From a virus (taxonomy: Duplodnaviria; Heunggongvirae; Uroviricota; Caudoviricetes), in IMG/VR virus record IMGVR_UViG_2718218135_000001, positions 1 through 64,000 of that record: DNA of 64,000 nt, one strand, 5' to 3'. The position numbers and the translations under genes are program-made. This document shows positions 43,477 through 53,312 of the stretch, piece by piece. Each line of letters starts with the position of its first letter. Position 1 is the stretch's first letter. The notes under the pieces are model-generated. The model saw only the letters and a list, made by a program, of their open reading frames with translations, made no database searches and had not been told where the DNA came from.

Positions 43477-44111
43477 GCAAATACACCATCAACGTATCGT
43501 TTCAGACCCGCGTGAACAAAACCACGCGCACGCTGGAGATTGCCGAATCGTTCGGTCTTGGCCTGGACGAAAAAGAGTGGACGCTTTACGACAATCTGGA
43601 GCTGGAAGTGAAGCAGGGCGATGTGGTGTACATCACCGGCCAATCCGGTTCCGGTAAATCCGTTGTGCTGCGCGAGCTGCAACGCCAGATGAAGGATGAA
43701 GGGCTTTCTGTAGCCTCCATCGATGACTTTGCCTTCGACAATGAGGTTAACGTCATTGACCAGCTGGGCAAAACCACCAGCGAAGCGCTGGGGCTGCTGT
43801 CTATGGCCGGATTGAATGACGCCTATCTCTTTGTGCGTAAGCCATTCGAGATGTCTGACGGCCAGAAATACCGTCTCAAGATCGCCAAGCTGATCGAGTC
43901 CGGCGCGAAAGTCTGGGCTGCCGACGAATTTGGCGCTGTTCTCGACCGTGTAACCGCCCAGGTTGTGGCGTCGAACCTCCAGCGTGCCGCCCGTAAGGTT
44001 GGTGCGACGGTAATGGTGGCGACGACCCACGAAGACCTGAAGAACGCGCTGCGCCCGGATATGCAGATCACCAAGCACTACAAAGAACGCGTGAAGGTGG
44101 AATATGCCTGA
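43473..44111 (+). CDS. compact ABC-type ATPase
   Basis: Walker A GQSGSGKS, signature-like SDGQKYRLKIA, Walker B VWAADEFGAVLD, H-loop-like TTHE; 212 aa. Confidence 0.55.
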   Translation: MSKYTINVSFQTRVNKTTRTLEIAESFGLGLDEKEWTLYDNLELEVKQGDVVYITGQSGSGKSVVLRELQRQMKDEGLSVASIDDFAFDNEVNVIDQLGKTTSEALGLLSMAGLNDAYLFVRKPFEMSDGQKYRLKIAKLIESGAKVWAADEFGAVLDRVTAQVVASNLQRAARKVGATVMVATTHEDLKNALRPDMQITKHYKERVKVEYA

Positions 44112-44358
44112 TTTGAAGATCGTAGAGCTGAAGCCATCGAAAGAGGCTGACAACAACAACGTTGAAGTCATCCGCCTGCTGGAAGAAGCACTCCAGTACG
44201 CCAGAGAAGGCAAAAGCCAGAGCCTGGCACTGCTGATGATCAACAACGACGGCAGTGTGCTGGATTGCTGGCATAACGGTGGGCGTCCATACGTCATGGT
44301 TGGGGCGATAGAATCGCTTCGCCTGGACTTCATCAATGCCAATATCGAGCGTAGGTGA
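44104..44358 (+). CDS. hypothetical protein
   Basis: 84 aa ORF overlapping both neighbours. Confidence 0.4.
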   Translation: MPDLKIVELKPSKEADNNNVEVIRLLEEALQYAREGKSQSLALLMINNDGSVLDCWHNGGRPYVMVGAIESLRLDFINANIERR

Positions 44359-45254
44359 TCGACATGACAGGCATCATCATCAAACGCTACCGCCCGGAAG
44401 AGTTCCCGCGTCATCTGGACTTTCTGGAGCGTATGACCGTTACCAAAGGCACGGTTGAAGACTGGCACGCGCTGAAGTCGCTGCACTACAAGACGGATGG
44501 TAAGCCGTTTGCGCCAACGTATTATCGCTGCGAACTGGACGACCGGCTGGTGGGCGTCGTGGTTATGGCTTACCCGAAACTGCTGCTGGCGCCTCGCCAT
44601 CGCATGTTTCCTAAGCTGAAGCCAACCACCAATACCACCGTGGCCAACCAGTATTGGGGGCGGTACGTGAACAACAACTTTGCGGTGATCAGCCGTTCCG
44701 TTGTGGACACTCAGTACCGCGGTGTCGGCGTCTCCTATCGAATGATTAACCTGGTTAGCAGGATGCATAACCGGCCAATCATCGAGATTCAGTCGTCCAT
44801 GAGCAAATACAACCCGTTCGCCATGAAAGCAGGGTTCCAGTTCATACGTCCGGAGCGTCCGAAGAGCTATGAGAGTGCGTTGCGTGTTTTCCAGCGCCAT
44901 TTTCGCTCCGACCCTGGAGACAACGAAGCGATCGTCAAAGAGCTGTTCGCCATGAGTGAGTCTCGCCGTCGTCGTGCGCTGCGCGATCTGGTCGCGGACT
45001 ACCACAAGAACAGTTCCCTGGCCAAAGCCGGGCGTAATCGTGGCACGACGATTCAGGATATTGCCGACAGTCTGGTGGACGAGGCCAGCATCGTGAAGTT
45101 GCTCAAGGATATTCACAACCTGAGCTTCACGTCTCCGCTGTATGGCGTGTATCGAAACCCGGACTTCGGTCGTCAGTTGCCTGACACGCTGCCACTGCTG
45201 GCATTCGATAAGCAGCCTTTGAATAAACCTCTTGAAATTGCATTACCGGCATAA
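44355..45254 (+). CDS. GNAT-like acetyltransferase-fold protein (putative)
   Basis: Motif A-like YRGVGVSYRMINLV and motif B-like NPFAMKAGFQF; start may be GTG 44355 or ATG 44364. Confidence 0.4.
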   Translation: MIDMTGIIIKRYRPEEFPRHLDFLERMTVTKGTVEDWHALKSLHYKTDGKPFAPTYYRCELDDRLVGVVVMAYPKLLLAPRHRMFPKLKPTTNTTVANQYWGRYVNNNFAVISRSVVDTQYRGVGVSYRMINLVSRMHNRPIIEIQSSMSKYNPFAMKAGFQFIRPERPKSYESALRVFQRHFRSDPGDNEAIVKELFAMSESRRRRALRDLVADYHKNSSLAKAGRNRGTTIQDIADSLVDEASIVKLLKDIHNLSFTSPLYGVYRNPDFGRQLPDTLPLLAFDKQPLNKPLEIALPA

Positions 45255-45263
45255 GGATTTGCC

Positions 45264-45530
45264 ATGACGTTGACCGATAAACAAAAAGACATCATCAAAA
45301 CCATCAATTTAGGCCATGAGCGTGGGTATCTGCTCGATCTGGACGAGCTGCTTGAGGTTCTGCCGTACAAAACGACCAAACAGAGTATGCAGTTCTCTAT
45401 CCGCGCACTGGTGAAAAAGGGGCTGGTGGAGAAGGGAATGTGCCGCCAGCGCGGCGATTCAGGTTATCACCGTCGCACGCTGGGACTGACCACGTTAGGT
45501 CGTGCAAGAGCCAAATTACTGGTGATGTAA
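45264..45530 (+). CDS. small winged-helix-like DNA-binding protein (putative)
   Basis: 88 aa, basic C-terminus; weak assignment. Confidence 0.3.
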   Translation: MTLTDKQKDIIKTINLGHERGYLLDLDELLEVLPYKTTKQSMQFSIRALVKKGLVEKGMCRQRGDSGYHRRTLGLTTLGRARAKLLVM

Positions 45531-45533
45531 ACC

Positions 45534-45630
45534 GGTCTGGGAGCCAGATTAAGAACCTGCTTCCGTATATATAATTAACTAAGTGATTAATTAAATATAT
45601 ACGGAAGCAGGTTCTGAAGGCTCCCCAGCC
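45534..45630. repeat. ~97 bp nested palindrome (paralogue of 20018-20133) just upstream of terS
   Basis: Perfect 20 bp inverted repeat gaacctgcttccgtatatat / atatatacggaagcaggttc around a 22 bp AT-rich centre; outer arms ggtctgggagcc / ggctccccagcc. Confidence 0.65.
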
Positions 45631-45726
45631 CGATTTTAAACACCCAGAAAACAAATTGGTTAGGCACAGAATTAAACAAGTTGTTTAGGAGCGCAAGGAT
45701 GCGCTCTGAGTGTTTTAGAGGGACCT

Positions 45727-46368
45727 ATGACTGTAGAAAAAGACGAGAGCAAAACTCGCCTGACACCAGCTGAGTGGGCAGAAGCCGAAGCGAAATGGAC
45801 TTCTGGCGAATACACACTCTCCAGGCTGGAGGAAGAGTACGGCATTCGTCGTGAAACGCTCTCCAGACATTTCAAAAAGCGTGGATTAGAGAAAGGCGCG
45901 GACTCCGTTGGGAAGATGGTGCGCGAGTCGCTCAAATCCGACGCAGAGCTGCGTGCGAAGGCGCGTGCAGAGAAAATCGAAGAGCGCCGGACTCGTTACG
46001 ACGATTGGGCGTTCGCACTCGGTCGTATGGTGATGCATGAGGTGGCCATAGCCAAGAAGGACGGCAGGCCACTGGCAGCCATCGAAGATGACCTGAAGAG
46101 TCTCCAGCGTGCCAGCGGCACACTTGCTAAGTGCTTCGAAATATCGTCGAAAGCGCTCGGTATGGATCGCGTGGAGAACGAGGACGACGAAATCCCGAAC
46201 CTGGTATTTGGCGAACTTACGCCTTCCCAGGTGGCGCAGCTGCGTAAGGAAGATGATGAGCCGGATCTGATTGATGACGATCTGCTTGAGTCACTCGAAG
46301 AGGAAGCACTGAGCGAAGCTGAGGGCGATTCTGAAGCGTCTGGTGATGAAAGTGATGGGAGCGTCTGA
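45727..46368 (+). CDS. terminase small subunit (putative)
   Basis: Position immediately before TerL; HTH-like N-terminus, acidic C-terminus; two AAACAA-N-TTGTTT motifs upstream. Confidence 0.5.
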   Translation: MTVEKDESKTRLTPAEWAEAEAKWTSGEYTLSRLEEEYGIRRETLSRHFKKRGLEKGADSVGKMVRESLKSDAELRAKARAEKIEERRTRYDDWAFALGRMVMHEVAIAKKDGRPLAAIEDDLKSLQRASGTLAKCFEISSKALGMDRVENEDDEIPNLVFGELTPSQVAQLRKEDDEPDLIDDDLLESLEEEALSEAEGDSEASGDESDGSV

Positions 46369-46370
46369 CT

Positions 46371-47627
46371 ATGGCCATCCCGTCGTCTCTGAGTCTCGTA
46401 CAGCTGCATTCTGGGCAGATGCAAGTCTTCCAGTCGCCACATCGTTTCAAAGTGGTGTGTGCGGGTCGACGCTGGGGTAAATCCCGGTTGTCGATCTCCA
46501 CCATCATCCGCGCGGCAGCCAAAGAGAAGAAGCAACGTGTCTGGTATGTCGCACCGACTTACCAGATGGCTCGCCAGATCTTGTGGGATGACCTGCAGGA
46601 AGTTCTGCCGCGCAAATGGGTTCGTAAGAAAAACGACACCACGATGACCATCGTGCTGAAGAACGGCTCTGAAATCGCGCTGAAAGGTGCGGATAAGCCC
46701 GATACGCTTCGTGGTGTGGCACTGCACTTTGTGGTGCTCGATGAATTTCAGGATATGAAGCCTGACACCTGGTACAAGGTACTGCGTCCGACACTGTCCT
46801 CCACCCGTGGCGGTGCGCTGATCATCGGTACGCCAAAAGGCTTCTCCGAGTTCCACAAGCTGTGGACTATCGGTCAGAACAAAGATTTGCAACGCAAGGG
46901 GCAGTGGAAGAGCTGGCAGTTCGTTACGGCCGATTCTCCGTTCGTACCGAGCGCGGAAATCGAAGCAGCGAAGAACGATATGGACCCTAAATCGTTCGCA
47001 CAGGAATACCTGGCCAGCTTCGAAAACATGTCCGGACGCGTTTACTACCCGTTCGACCGCAATGTGCATGTGAAGCCACTCCAGTTCAATCCGAAACTGC
47101 CGATCTGGGTTGGTCAGGACTTCAACATCGACCCTATGTCATCGGTCATCCTGCAACCGCAGCCAAATGGTGAACTGTGGGCTGTGGACGAATTGGTGTT
47201 GTTCTCTTCTAACACGGCTGAAGTGTGTGACGAGCTGGAGCGTCGATACTGGCGCTGGAAATCTCAGGTCACTATCTTTCCTGACCCGGCAGGTGCGTAT
47301 CGCCAGCACGCACGCGGCGAATCTGACGTCGACATCTTCAAAGAGAAAGGTTTCCTTCGAGTCGATTATCCGAAGAAGCACCCGCCGATCGCAGACCGTG
47401 TTAACGCAGTGAACCGCATGTTGATGAGTGCCTCGGGCGAAACCCGGTTGTACATCGATCCGAAGTGCAAACACCTCATCGACTCGCTGGAGAAGGTGAT
47501 CTACAAGCCAGGCTCACGCGATATGGATAAGACTGGCGGCATCGAACACAGTGCGGATGCGTTGGGTTATCCGGTTCATCGTAGGTATCCGGTGAAAAAT
47601 CGTGTTATTCTTGGTGGATCTAGATAG
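46371..47627 (+). CDS. terminase large subunit
   Basis: Walker A VVCAGRRWGKS, Walker B HFVVLDEFQDM, C-terminal RNaseH-like acidic motifs (GQDFNID, VDEL, FPDPAG). Confidence 0.75.
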   Translation: MAIPSSLSLVQLHSGQMQVFQSPHRFKVVCAGRRWGKSRLSISTIIRAAAKEKKQRVWYVAPTYQMARQILWDDLQEVLPRKWVRKKNDTTMTIVLKNGSEIALKGADKPDTLRGVALHFVVLDEFQDMKPDTWYKVLRPTLSSTRGGALIIGTPKGFSEFHKLWTIGQNKDLQRKGQWKSWQFVTADSPFVPSAEIEAAKNDMDPKSFAQEYLASFENMSGRVYYPFDRNVHVKPLQFNPKLPIWVGQDFNIDPMSSVILQPQPNGELWAVDELVLFSSNTAEVCDELERRYWRWKSQVTIFPDPAGAYRQHARGESDVDIFKEKGFLRVDYPKKHPPIADRVNAVNRMLMSASGETRLYIDPKCKHLIDSLEKVIYKPGSRDMDKTGGIEHSADALGYPVHRRYPVKNRVILGGSR

Positions 47628-47642
47628 GTAAGTACTTACCTA
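47625..47642. promoter_or_regulatory. Perfect 18 bp palindrome TAGGTAAGTACTTACCTA between terL and the portal gene
   Basis: Exact palindrome directly after the terL stop, 19 bp before the portal ATG. Confidence 0.5.
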
Positions 47643-47660
47643 AGCGGAAAGGAAAATCAA

Positions 47661-49235
47661 ATGGAATTGACTGACAAGCAAATCAAAGACCTTGTGGCAC
47701 GACGCCACCCTGAATATGAGAAGAAAAAAGAACATTGGGACTTCCTCGCCAGCACCTACGCTGGCGGGCGTGCCTGGTTCAACGACAATATCTTCCGTTA
47801 CTTCAAAGAGGGCGATCAGGAGTTCAAAGAGCGCCTGGAACGCGCTTATCGCTTCAACCATACGCGCGAAGTGGTAAACCTCATCAACAAATACCTCTTC
47901 AAAGAGGTCATTCACCGCAACACTGATGAAGCACCGGAGCAGATCCGCAATTTCTGGAAGCGAGCCACGCGCCAGAACGCCTCCATCGATGCGTTTATGG
48001 CGGCTATCGATCTGCAATCATCCATTTATGGCCGTATCTGGGTTGTCGTGGATAGCACGATGAACGTCGATGTTGAGTCTGTTGCAGACGAGAAGAAAAA
48101 TGATGCGCGTGCCTACGCTTACTGGATTTCGCCGCAGCAGCTGCTTGATGTTGCCTGGGATGAAGACGGCAATATGTTGTGGGCGCTGATTGTTGAAATC
48201 GCGCGCGACGACGAAGATCCGTTCACTTCAACCGGGCAGGAATACCAGCGTTACCGTCTGTGGACGCAAAACGAGTGGTATCTGTTCCGTGAAGAAGTGA
48301 AGAAGGGTTCCGGAAATAGCGGTCGCCGTCAGGCCAAAGTCGTTCTGGAGGATAGCGGCCAGCATAATCTGGGCGTGGTGCCGGTGTTCCCGGTGGATTG
48401 CATTGGTGAAAGCGAGTCTCCGTATTTTAGCCCGTCGTTGATTGACGATATTGCCTATCTTGATCGCGCCGTGGCCAACTACCTGTCGAACCTTGACGCG
48501 ATTATTCAGGATCAGACATTCAGCCAGTTAGCGATTCCGGTTCAGTCCCTGCTGCCGGGCGATGAAAACCACACCAAAGTGCTCGAAATGGGGACAAAAC
48601 GTGTCTTCACCTTCGATTCTGAGAGCGGTAATCAGCCATTCTATCTGTCTCCAGACCCGAAACAGGCTCAGATGATCATCACCACGATTAAGACGGTGAT
48701 TAATGAGATCTACCATTCCGTTGGTGTGGCTGGTGAGCGAACCAAGCAGGATAACGCGCAGGGTATCGACAACTCTTCGGGGGCAGCGAAGATGTACGAC
48801 TTCCAACGTATTAACAGTCTGCTGGTGACAAAAGCAGAGCGCCTCGAAAGGGCAGAACGCCAAATGATGGAGTTGGCTGCGAAATGGATGGGCATCGAAT
48901 TGGATGAAGACCACTCTCTGATCGCTTACCCGGAGAGTTTCGATATTCGTGGTCTGACTGACGAATTTGCCGTCGCTGAGAAATTGTCGCTGTTACAGGC
49001 GCCTGATTCTGTACGTCGTCATCAGATGGAAATGCTCATAGAAAAGATCTTCCCGAATATTTCCGAAGCGATGCAAAAGGAATTTAAAAAAGATCTCTTG
49101 AAATTTCCTCTAAAAAATGCTCCTGATGCCCTTGAAAATAAGTTAGTACTTACTTATGATCGCGATACAGTCCAAGGAAGCGGACAAGATCAACCCCGAG
49201 GGAATGGGGACTCATCTACTCAAGAGACCGAGTGA
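47661..49235 (+). CDS. portal protein (putative)
   Basis: 524 aa ORF directly after TerL, no NTPase motifs; assignment by position and size. Confidence 0.55.
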   Translation: MELTDKQIKDLVARRHPEYEKKKEHWDFLASTYAGGRAWFNDNIFRYFKEGDQEFKERLERAYRFNHTREVVNLINKYLFKEVIHRNTDEAPEQIRNFWKRATRQNASIDAFMAAIDLQSSIYGRIWVVVDSTMNVDVESVADEKKNDARAYAYWISPQQLLDVAWDEDGNMLWALIVEIARDDEDPFTSTGQEYQRYRLWTQNEWYLFREEVKKGSGNSGRRQAKVVLEDSGQHNLGVVPVFPVDCIGESESPYFSPSLIDDIAYLDRAVANYLSNLDAIIQDQTFSQLAIPVQSLLPGDENHTKVLEMGTKRVFTFDSESGNQPFYLSPDPKQAQMIITTIKTVINEIYHSVGVAGERTKQDNAQGIDNSSGAAKMYDFQRINSLLVTKAERLERAERQMMELAAKWMGIELDEDHSLIAYPESFDIRGLTDEFAVAEKLSLLQAPDSVRRHQMEMLIEKIFPNISEAMQKEFKKDLLKFPLKNAPDALENKLVLTYDRDTVQGSGQDQPRGNGDSSTQETE

Positions 49236-49257
49236 TAAGTAACGAAAAGGTATTTCT

Positions 49258-50154
49258 ATGAATCTGTGGCAAATGCTTATGGCCCGTCGTGGCCTGATGG
49301 ATGTAGCCGAAGCGCATGAGCGCGGCGGCGCTGGTGGCGGTGCTCCTGCTGGAGACAATGAGCAGAGCATTCAAGACCCAGGCAAACAGGGCGAGCAAAA
49401 AGAGCAACCGAAGGGTGACGACGACGAGTATGCCGGTATGACTCAGGAAGAGTTGCTGGCAGAACTGCGTAAGTCTAAGAAAGCCGGTGCTGATCTGTTG
49501 AAAGAGAATATGAAGCGCAAGGAGAAAGAGCGCACATTGGCCGATCAGCTGGCTCAGTACGGTGATATTGACCCGACGCGTGCTCGTCAGCTTCTCGAAG
49601 CTGAACAAGCCGCAGAAACCGCACGTCGGGAGGCGGAGCAGGCTGAACTGGAACGTCGTGGTGAGTTCGATGCTGTGAAAAAGCAGATGATCGAAGCACA
49701 CCAGACTGAACTGGCACAGCGCGACGAACGCTACGCCGCTCTGGAGAGCGAGAACGCCGCACTGAAGGCTCAACTGGTCGAAATGACTGTTGGTGTTTCC
49801 TTCAGCAGTTCTGCTTTCCTGCGTGACAAAGTTCTGATGACTCCGGCTAAGGCACGCGTTATCTACGGCTCTCATTTCGAAGTGGGTGAAGACGGTAGTG
49901 TTGTGGGCTTTGATAAGCCAGCCGGTCAGAAAGAACGTGCAGTTCTGGTTGACGGTGAAGGCAAGCCGTTACCGTTCGAATCCGCGATTGAGCGCATTCT
50001 GCGTGCAGATCCGGAAGCTGACGCACTGTTGCGTAGCGAAGCCAAGCAGGGTGCTGGTTCCAATAGCAAACCGCCCCACAAAGTAAGCCAGCCGAAGAGC
50101 AAGTCGACTATGGATAAGTTGACCTCCGGTCTGGGAAAAATCGGACTCAAGTAA
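49258..50154 (+). CDS. scaffolding protein (putative)
   Basis: Charged, coiled-coil-rich 298 aa protein between portal and capsid genes. Confidence 0.5.
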   Translation: MNLWQMLMARRGLMDVAEAHERGGAGGGAPAGDNEQSIQDPGKQGEQKEQPKGDDDEYAGMTQEELLAELRKSKKAGADLLKENMKRKEKERTLADQLAQYGDIDPTRARQLLEAEQAAETARREAEQAELERRGEFDAVKKQMIEAHQTELAQRDERYAALESENAALKAQLVEMTVGVSFSSSAFLRDKVLMTPAKARVIYGSHFEVGEDGSVVGFDKPAGQKERAVLVDGEGKPLPFESAIERILRADPEADALLRSEAKQGAGSNSKPPHKVSQPKSKSTMDKLTSGLGKIGLK

Positions 50155-50180
50155 CATCTTAAATCATAGGGAAATGAAAG

Positions 50181-51056
50181 ATGCCATTACTGCGTGATGA
50201 AGCTGAAAAGCTGTCTAATAACGAACTTGAGCAGGGTGTGATCGAGACCATCATCGATCGCGATGATCTGTTCGCTATTCTGCCTTTCATGAAGATTAAT
50301 TCTAAGGCATACCTTTACAACCGCGAAGCTACCCTGAGCGAAGCTACCTTCATTGATGTGAACGACACCATCACTGAAGGCGCAGCAACCTTCAGCGAAC
50401 ACGTTGCGAAGCTACGTATCCTGGCAGGCGACGTAGACGTCGACAAATTCCTGGCGACCACTATGTCCGACACCAACAACCAGCTGGCAATCCAGGTTCG
50501 TCAGAAGGTGAAAGGTCTGGCTCGCGCATTCCGCCGCAACCTGATTCTGGGCGACTCCAGCACCAACACCAAAGCGTTCGACGGTATTCCGAAACTGATG
50601 CACGACGATCAGAAGATCGACATCGAAGGCGCTTCCATGACCTTCTCCATGTTCGACGAACTGGTCGACGCGGTGAAAGATCTGGGTGCGGACTGCATCA
50701 TGATGCGCTCCGAGCATCTGCGTGCTTATCGCGCTCTGCTGCGTACCGTTAATATCGGCCCGTCCGAAATTATGATGGAAAACTTCGGTCGACCGATGTT
50801 GTGCCACAACGGTGTACCTTTCATCGTGAACGACTTCATCCCGACTGACGCGGGCAAAGCAAGCATCTATTGTCTGCACCTGTCCGAAGAGAACGGTGTG
50901 ACCGGTCTGTATGGCGGTGAAAACGCTGGTATCGTTGTTGAGAACATCGGTACTGTTCAGAACAAAGACGCAACCCGTACCCGCGTTAAGTGGTACTGCT
51001 CTCTGGCGAACAAGCACGACAAAGCTATCGCCGCGCTGACCAATGTAAAAATTTGA
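50181..51056 (+). CDS. major capsid protein (putative)
   Basis: 291 aa ORF after the scaffold gene, followed by a strong terminator; position-based. Confidence 0.5.
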   Translation: MPLLRDEAEKLSNNELEQGVIETIIDRDDLFAILPFMKINSKAYLYNREATLSEATFIDVNDTITEGAATFSEHVAKLRILAGDVDVDKFLATTMSDTNNQLAIQVRQKVKGLARAFRRNLILGDSSTNTKAFDGIPKLMHDDQKIDIEGASMTFSMFDELVDAVKDLGADCIMMRSEHLRAYRALLRTVNIGPSEIMMENFGRPMLCHNGVPFIVNDFIPTDAGKASIYCLHLSEENGVTGLYGGENAGIVVENIGTVQNKDATRTRVKWYCSLANKHDKAIAALTNVKI

Positions 51057-51091
51057 TCAGAATACTAGGTAAGTAGTTATCTACTTAATAT

Positions 51092-51118
51092 GGGTGGGCT
51101 ATACGCCCACCTTTTTTG
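51092..51118 (+). terminator. rho-independent terminator
   Basis: ggtgggc-tatac-gcccacc followed by TTTTTT. Confidence 0.7.
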
Positions 51119-51130
51119 TAGGAGCGATAA

Positions 51131-51559
51131 ATGCCAGAACAAAAGATGAAAATCATGGAGGAGACGTTTGCGGATTTCACAGGGCATATGTGCCGTGCCG
51201 GATTCACCAACTCCGTCTCCAACGAGCCTCTGAGCGAGCGCCAGCAGAACCATCTTGCGGCTTGCTTCCGGACAGTTCCGTTCACGCAGTCTGTCAGCGT
51301 GGAGTCTGTTGCTCTGACTCCTGATTCTGTCTCTGTTGAGAAGGGGAAGTCAGTCAAATTGCGAGTTGATGTGCAACCGTCAAACGCAACCAATCAAAAA
51401 GTCACCTGGACTTCTCAAAATAGCGACAAAGCGACCGTGGATCAGAACGGTAACGTAGTTGGCGTAGCCGTTGGTACGGCAACCATTGAAGTGGCTTCAC
51501 ATGATGGCAGTCACAAAGCGACTGCGACCGTTGAAGTGACCGCAGCACCGGCTGCGTAA
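51131..51559 (+). CDS. Ig-like (Big_2-type) domain protein, probable head decoration protein
   Basis: C-terminal VKLRVDVQPSNATNQKVTWTSQNSDKATVDQNGNVVGVAVGTATIEVAS, typical bacterial Ig-like group 2 pattern. Confidence 0.55.
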   Translation: MPEQKMKIMEETFADFTGHMCRAGFTNSVSNEPLSERQQNHLAACFRTVPFTQSVSVESVALTPDSVSVEKGKSVKLRVDVQPSNATNQKVTWTSQNSDKATVDQNGNVVGVAVGTATIEVASHDGSHKATATVEVTAAPAA

Positions 51560-51590
51560 CCAACATATGGGCAGCATAGCTGTCCATTAA

Positions 51591-52037
51591 GTGAGAAGAA
51601 AAATGAAACCAGCAAAAATTCGTTTATTGGAGCCTCAATTTTTGGGGTACACGGGGATTCTCTGCGGTATCAAGTTTGTAGACGGTATCTCAGTTGCTGA
51701 ACTGCCATTCGTCGATCAGCAGCGGATTTGTGCTTCCATGCGTGCGACTACCGTTGAAGGTAAAAATGTATCTCCTTCTGCCGCGTACAGTAGCCGCAAT
51801 AACTTGACTGCGGAAGACATTGTCGAGACGCCAGCCCCGGATATTGTGCCAATGAAACGTGGTGCGGCTGAAACAAAGCCCAAACCGGTACAGCGCTTTA
51901 CTCGTGAAGAACTGGAGTCGATTGCGGACTGTGAAGGTATTGCGGGTCTTCGTCAGATCGGCAACCAAATTGGCGTGAAAGCCAAAGGCATCGTTGAAAT
52001 GATCGAGGGTATCCTGAAAGCACAGGGCGGTGAGTAA
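51591..52037 (+). CDS. virion structural protein (hypothetical)
   Basis: 148 aa ORF in the head module. Confidence 0.4.
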   Translation: MRRKMKPAKIRLLEPQFLGYTGILCGIKFVDGISVAELPFVDQQRICASMRATTVEGKNVSPSAAYSSRNNLTAEDIVETPAPDIVPMKRGAAETKPKPVQRFTREELESIADCEGIAGLRQIGNQIGVKAKGIVEMIEGILKAQGGE

Positions 52038-52870
52038 TGGCACAGATCGACACGTACCGTAGCGGGGAAGCCGTTTCCCTGTCGTTTGCATTTAACGTTC
52101 TGGATATTGAGTCGGCAACGTATACCGTCAGAGATGGCGCGGGTTCGATCATCGTTGATAACGAACCTCTCGATATTACTGAGGGGCAGATGTCCATTCC
52201 GGTTGTCGTGTCGGCCGAACACAACCTGCTTGCCGACAAAGAGCGCGATCTGCGTTACGTCCTCGTCAAAGCGGTGGCATCCGGTCTGACGCATGAAGAG
52301 CGCAAGATGTACGTTCTGCTAAATAGCTTCGAGCTGTCTATCCCAGGCCAGTCATTCGCAACGGTCGCAGACGCCCAGATGCAAGCCATCGACATGCTGA
52401 ACGGCGACACTCTGTTGGCTGATGGTGACGGGCTGATGCGCAAACGTCTCATTGAGGCCACCAGACGCGTCAAAACGCTGCCGTTTTCAATCCGCAAAGT
52501 CCTTCGTATCGATTTCGATCGGTACGACCGTCCACAAAACATGCTGAACGTATATGACGTACCGTGGGGTGCTGACGGGGCATATCGTCACGATCTGATT
52601 GATTGGGAGAAGATGACGCAGGATAAATTCGACGAATTCCCTGACTACTTCAAACAGACATTAATGCTGGCCGTGGTTAATGAAGCCTGCGAAATCGCTA
52701 ACGGCAATGACGTAGCGGCAGCTCGCGAGGACGGCATCCTGTCTGAATCCATTGGTGAAACGACAAATATGTACCGCACCGGCAAAGCGGCAAATTTACA
52801 TGTGGCTCGCAGTACCTGGAGACTGCTGGTCAGCTACATCAACAACCGCATGATTGTTCGCCGTGCGTAA
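52037..52870 (+). CDS. virion structural protein (hypothetical)
   Basis: 277 aa ORF, ATGA-coupled to the upstream gene. Confidence 0.45.
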   Translation: MAQIDTYRSGEAVSLSFAFNVLDIESATYTVRDGAGSIIVDNEPLDITEGQMSIPVVVSAEHNLLADKERDLRYVLVKAVASGLTHEERKMYVLLNSFELSIPGQSFATVADAQMQAIDMLNGDTLLADGDGLMRKRLIEATRRVKTLPFSIRKVLRIDFDRYDRPQNMLNVYDVPWGADGAYRHDLIDWEKMTQDKFDEFPDYFKQTLMLAVVNEACEIANGNDVAAAREDGILSESIGETTNMYRTGKAANLHVARSTWRLLVSYINNRMIVRRA

Positions 52871-52967
52871 CGCCAGTCGCATTATTTACTTCTGGTCGAA
52901 AGGCTCAAGACGCACAATCGCGCCTTCGCCTGGTAATGCGTGCGGATGCCAACCACAGGGAGAGTGC

Positions 52968-53312
52968 ATGAACATTTCATGGCAAGCAGAGATGGCGATT
53001 TACCGTCTGGGTTCGAAGAATGTCTACGGTGAAGCGCAATTGCAGTTCGTCAGGAAGACGAACGTCGGTGTCGTTAAGTTTGAACAAAGTAATGAGAAGT
53101 CATCGGTACGTGCGGACAGCTCCGGCAGTCGCGGAAAAGCCAATATGGAATTGTTCGATGTCGTTCTGGTGGTCCCACTTGAGGCCGCAGTGCAACTTGA
53201 TGACGTTCTTATTCTGGAGGGGCTAAAGCTGAAGGTATCCAGTGTGCATCGTCGTTGGGGGTTACGTGGACGCCCTGGTCATCTGGAAGTAGGGGCAAAC
53301 ATATGGGCCTGA
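52968..53312 (+). CDS. head-tail joining protein (hypothetical)
   Basis: Internal ATG of ORF 52854..53312 with RBS agggagag. Confidence 0.4.
   Translation: MNISWQAEMAIYRLGSKNVYGEAQLQFVRKTNVGVVKFEQSNEKSSVRADSSGSRGKANMELFDVVLVVPLEAAVQLDDVLILEGLKLKVSSVHRRWGLRGRPGHLEVGANIWA

Noticed and set aside
43473-44111. Reading the compact ATPase as a ParA partition ATPase paired with the ParB-like genes
   Set aside because: Walker A is classical (GQSGSGKS) rather than the deviant KGGxxK[ST] of ParA/Soj, and an ABC-signature-like motif is present.
43104-45116. 670 aa minus-strand ORF spanning the ParB / ABC-ATPase / GNAT region
   Set aside because: It is antisense to plus-strand genes that carry clear catalytic motifs, its product is R/H/S-rich with no motif, and there is no RBS; treated as a shadow ORF.
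45996-47069. 357 aa minus-strand ORF opposite the terminase large subunit
   Set aside because: Antisense to a gene with unambiguous Walker A/B and nuclease motifs; low-complexity translation.
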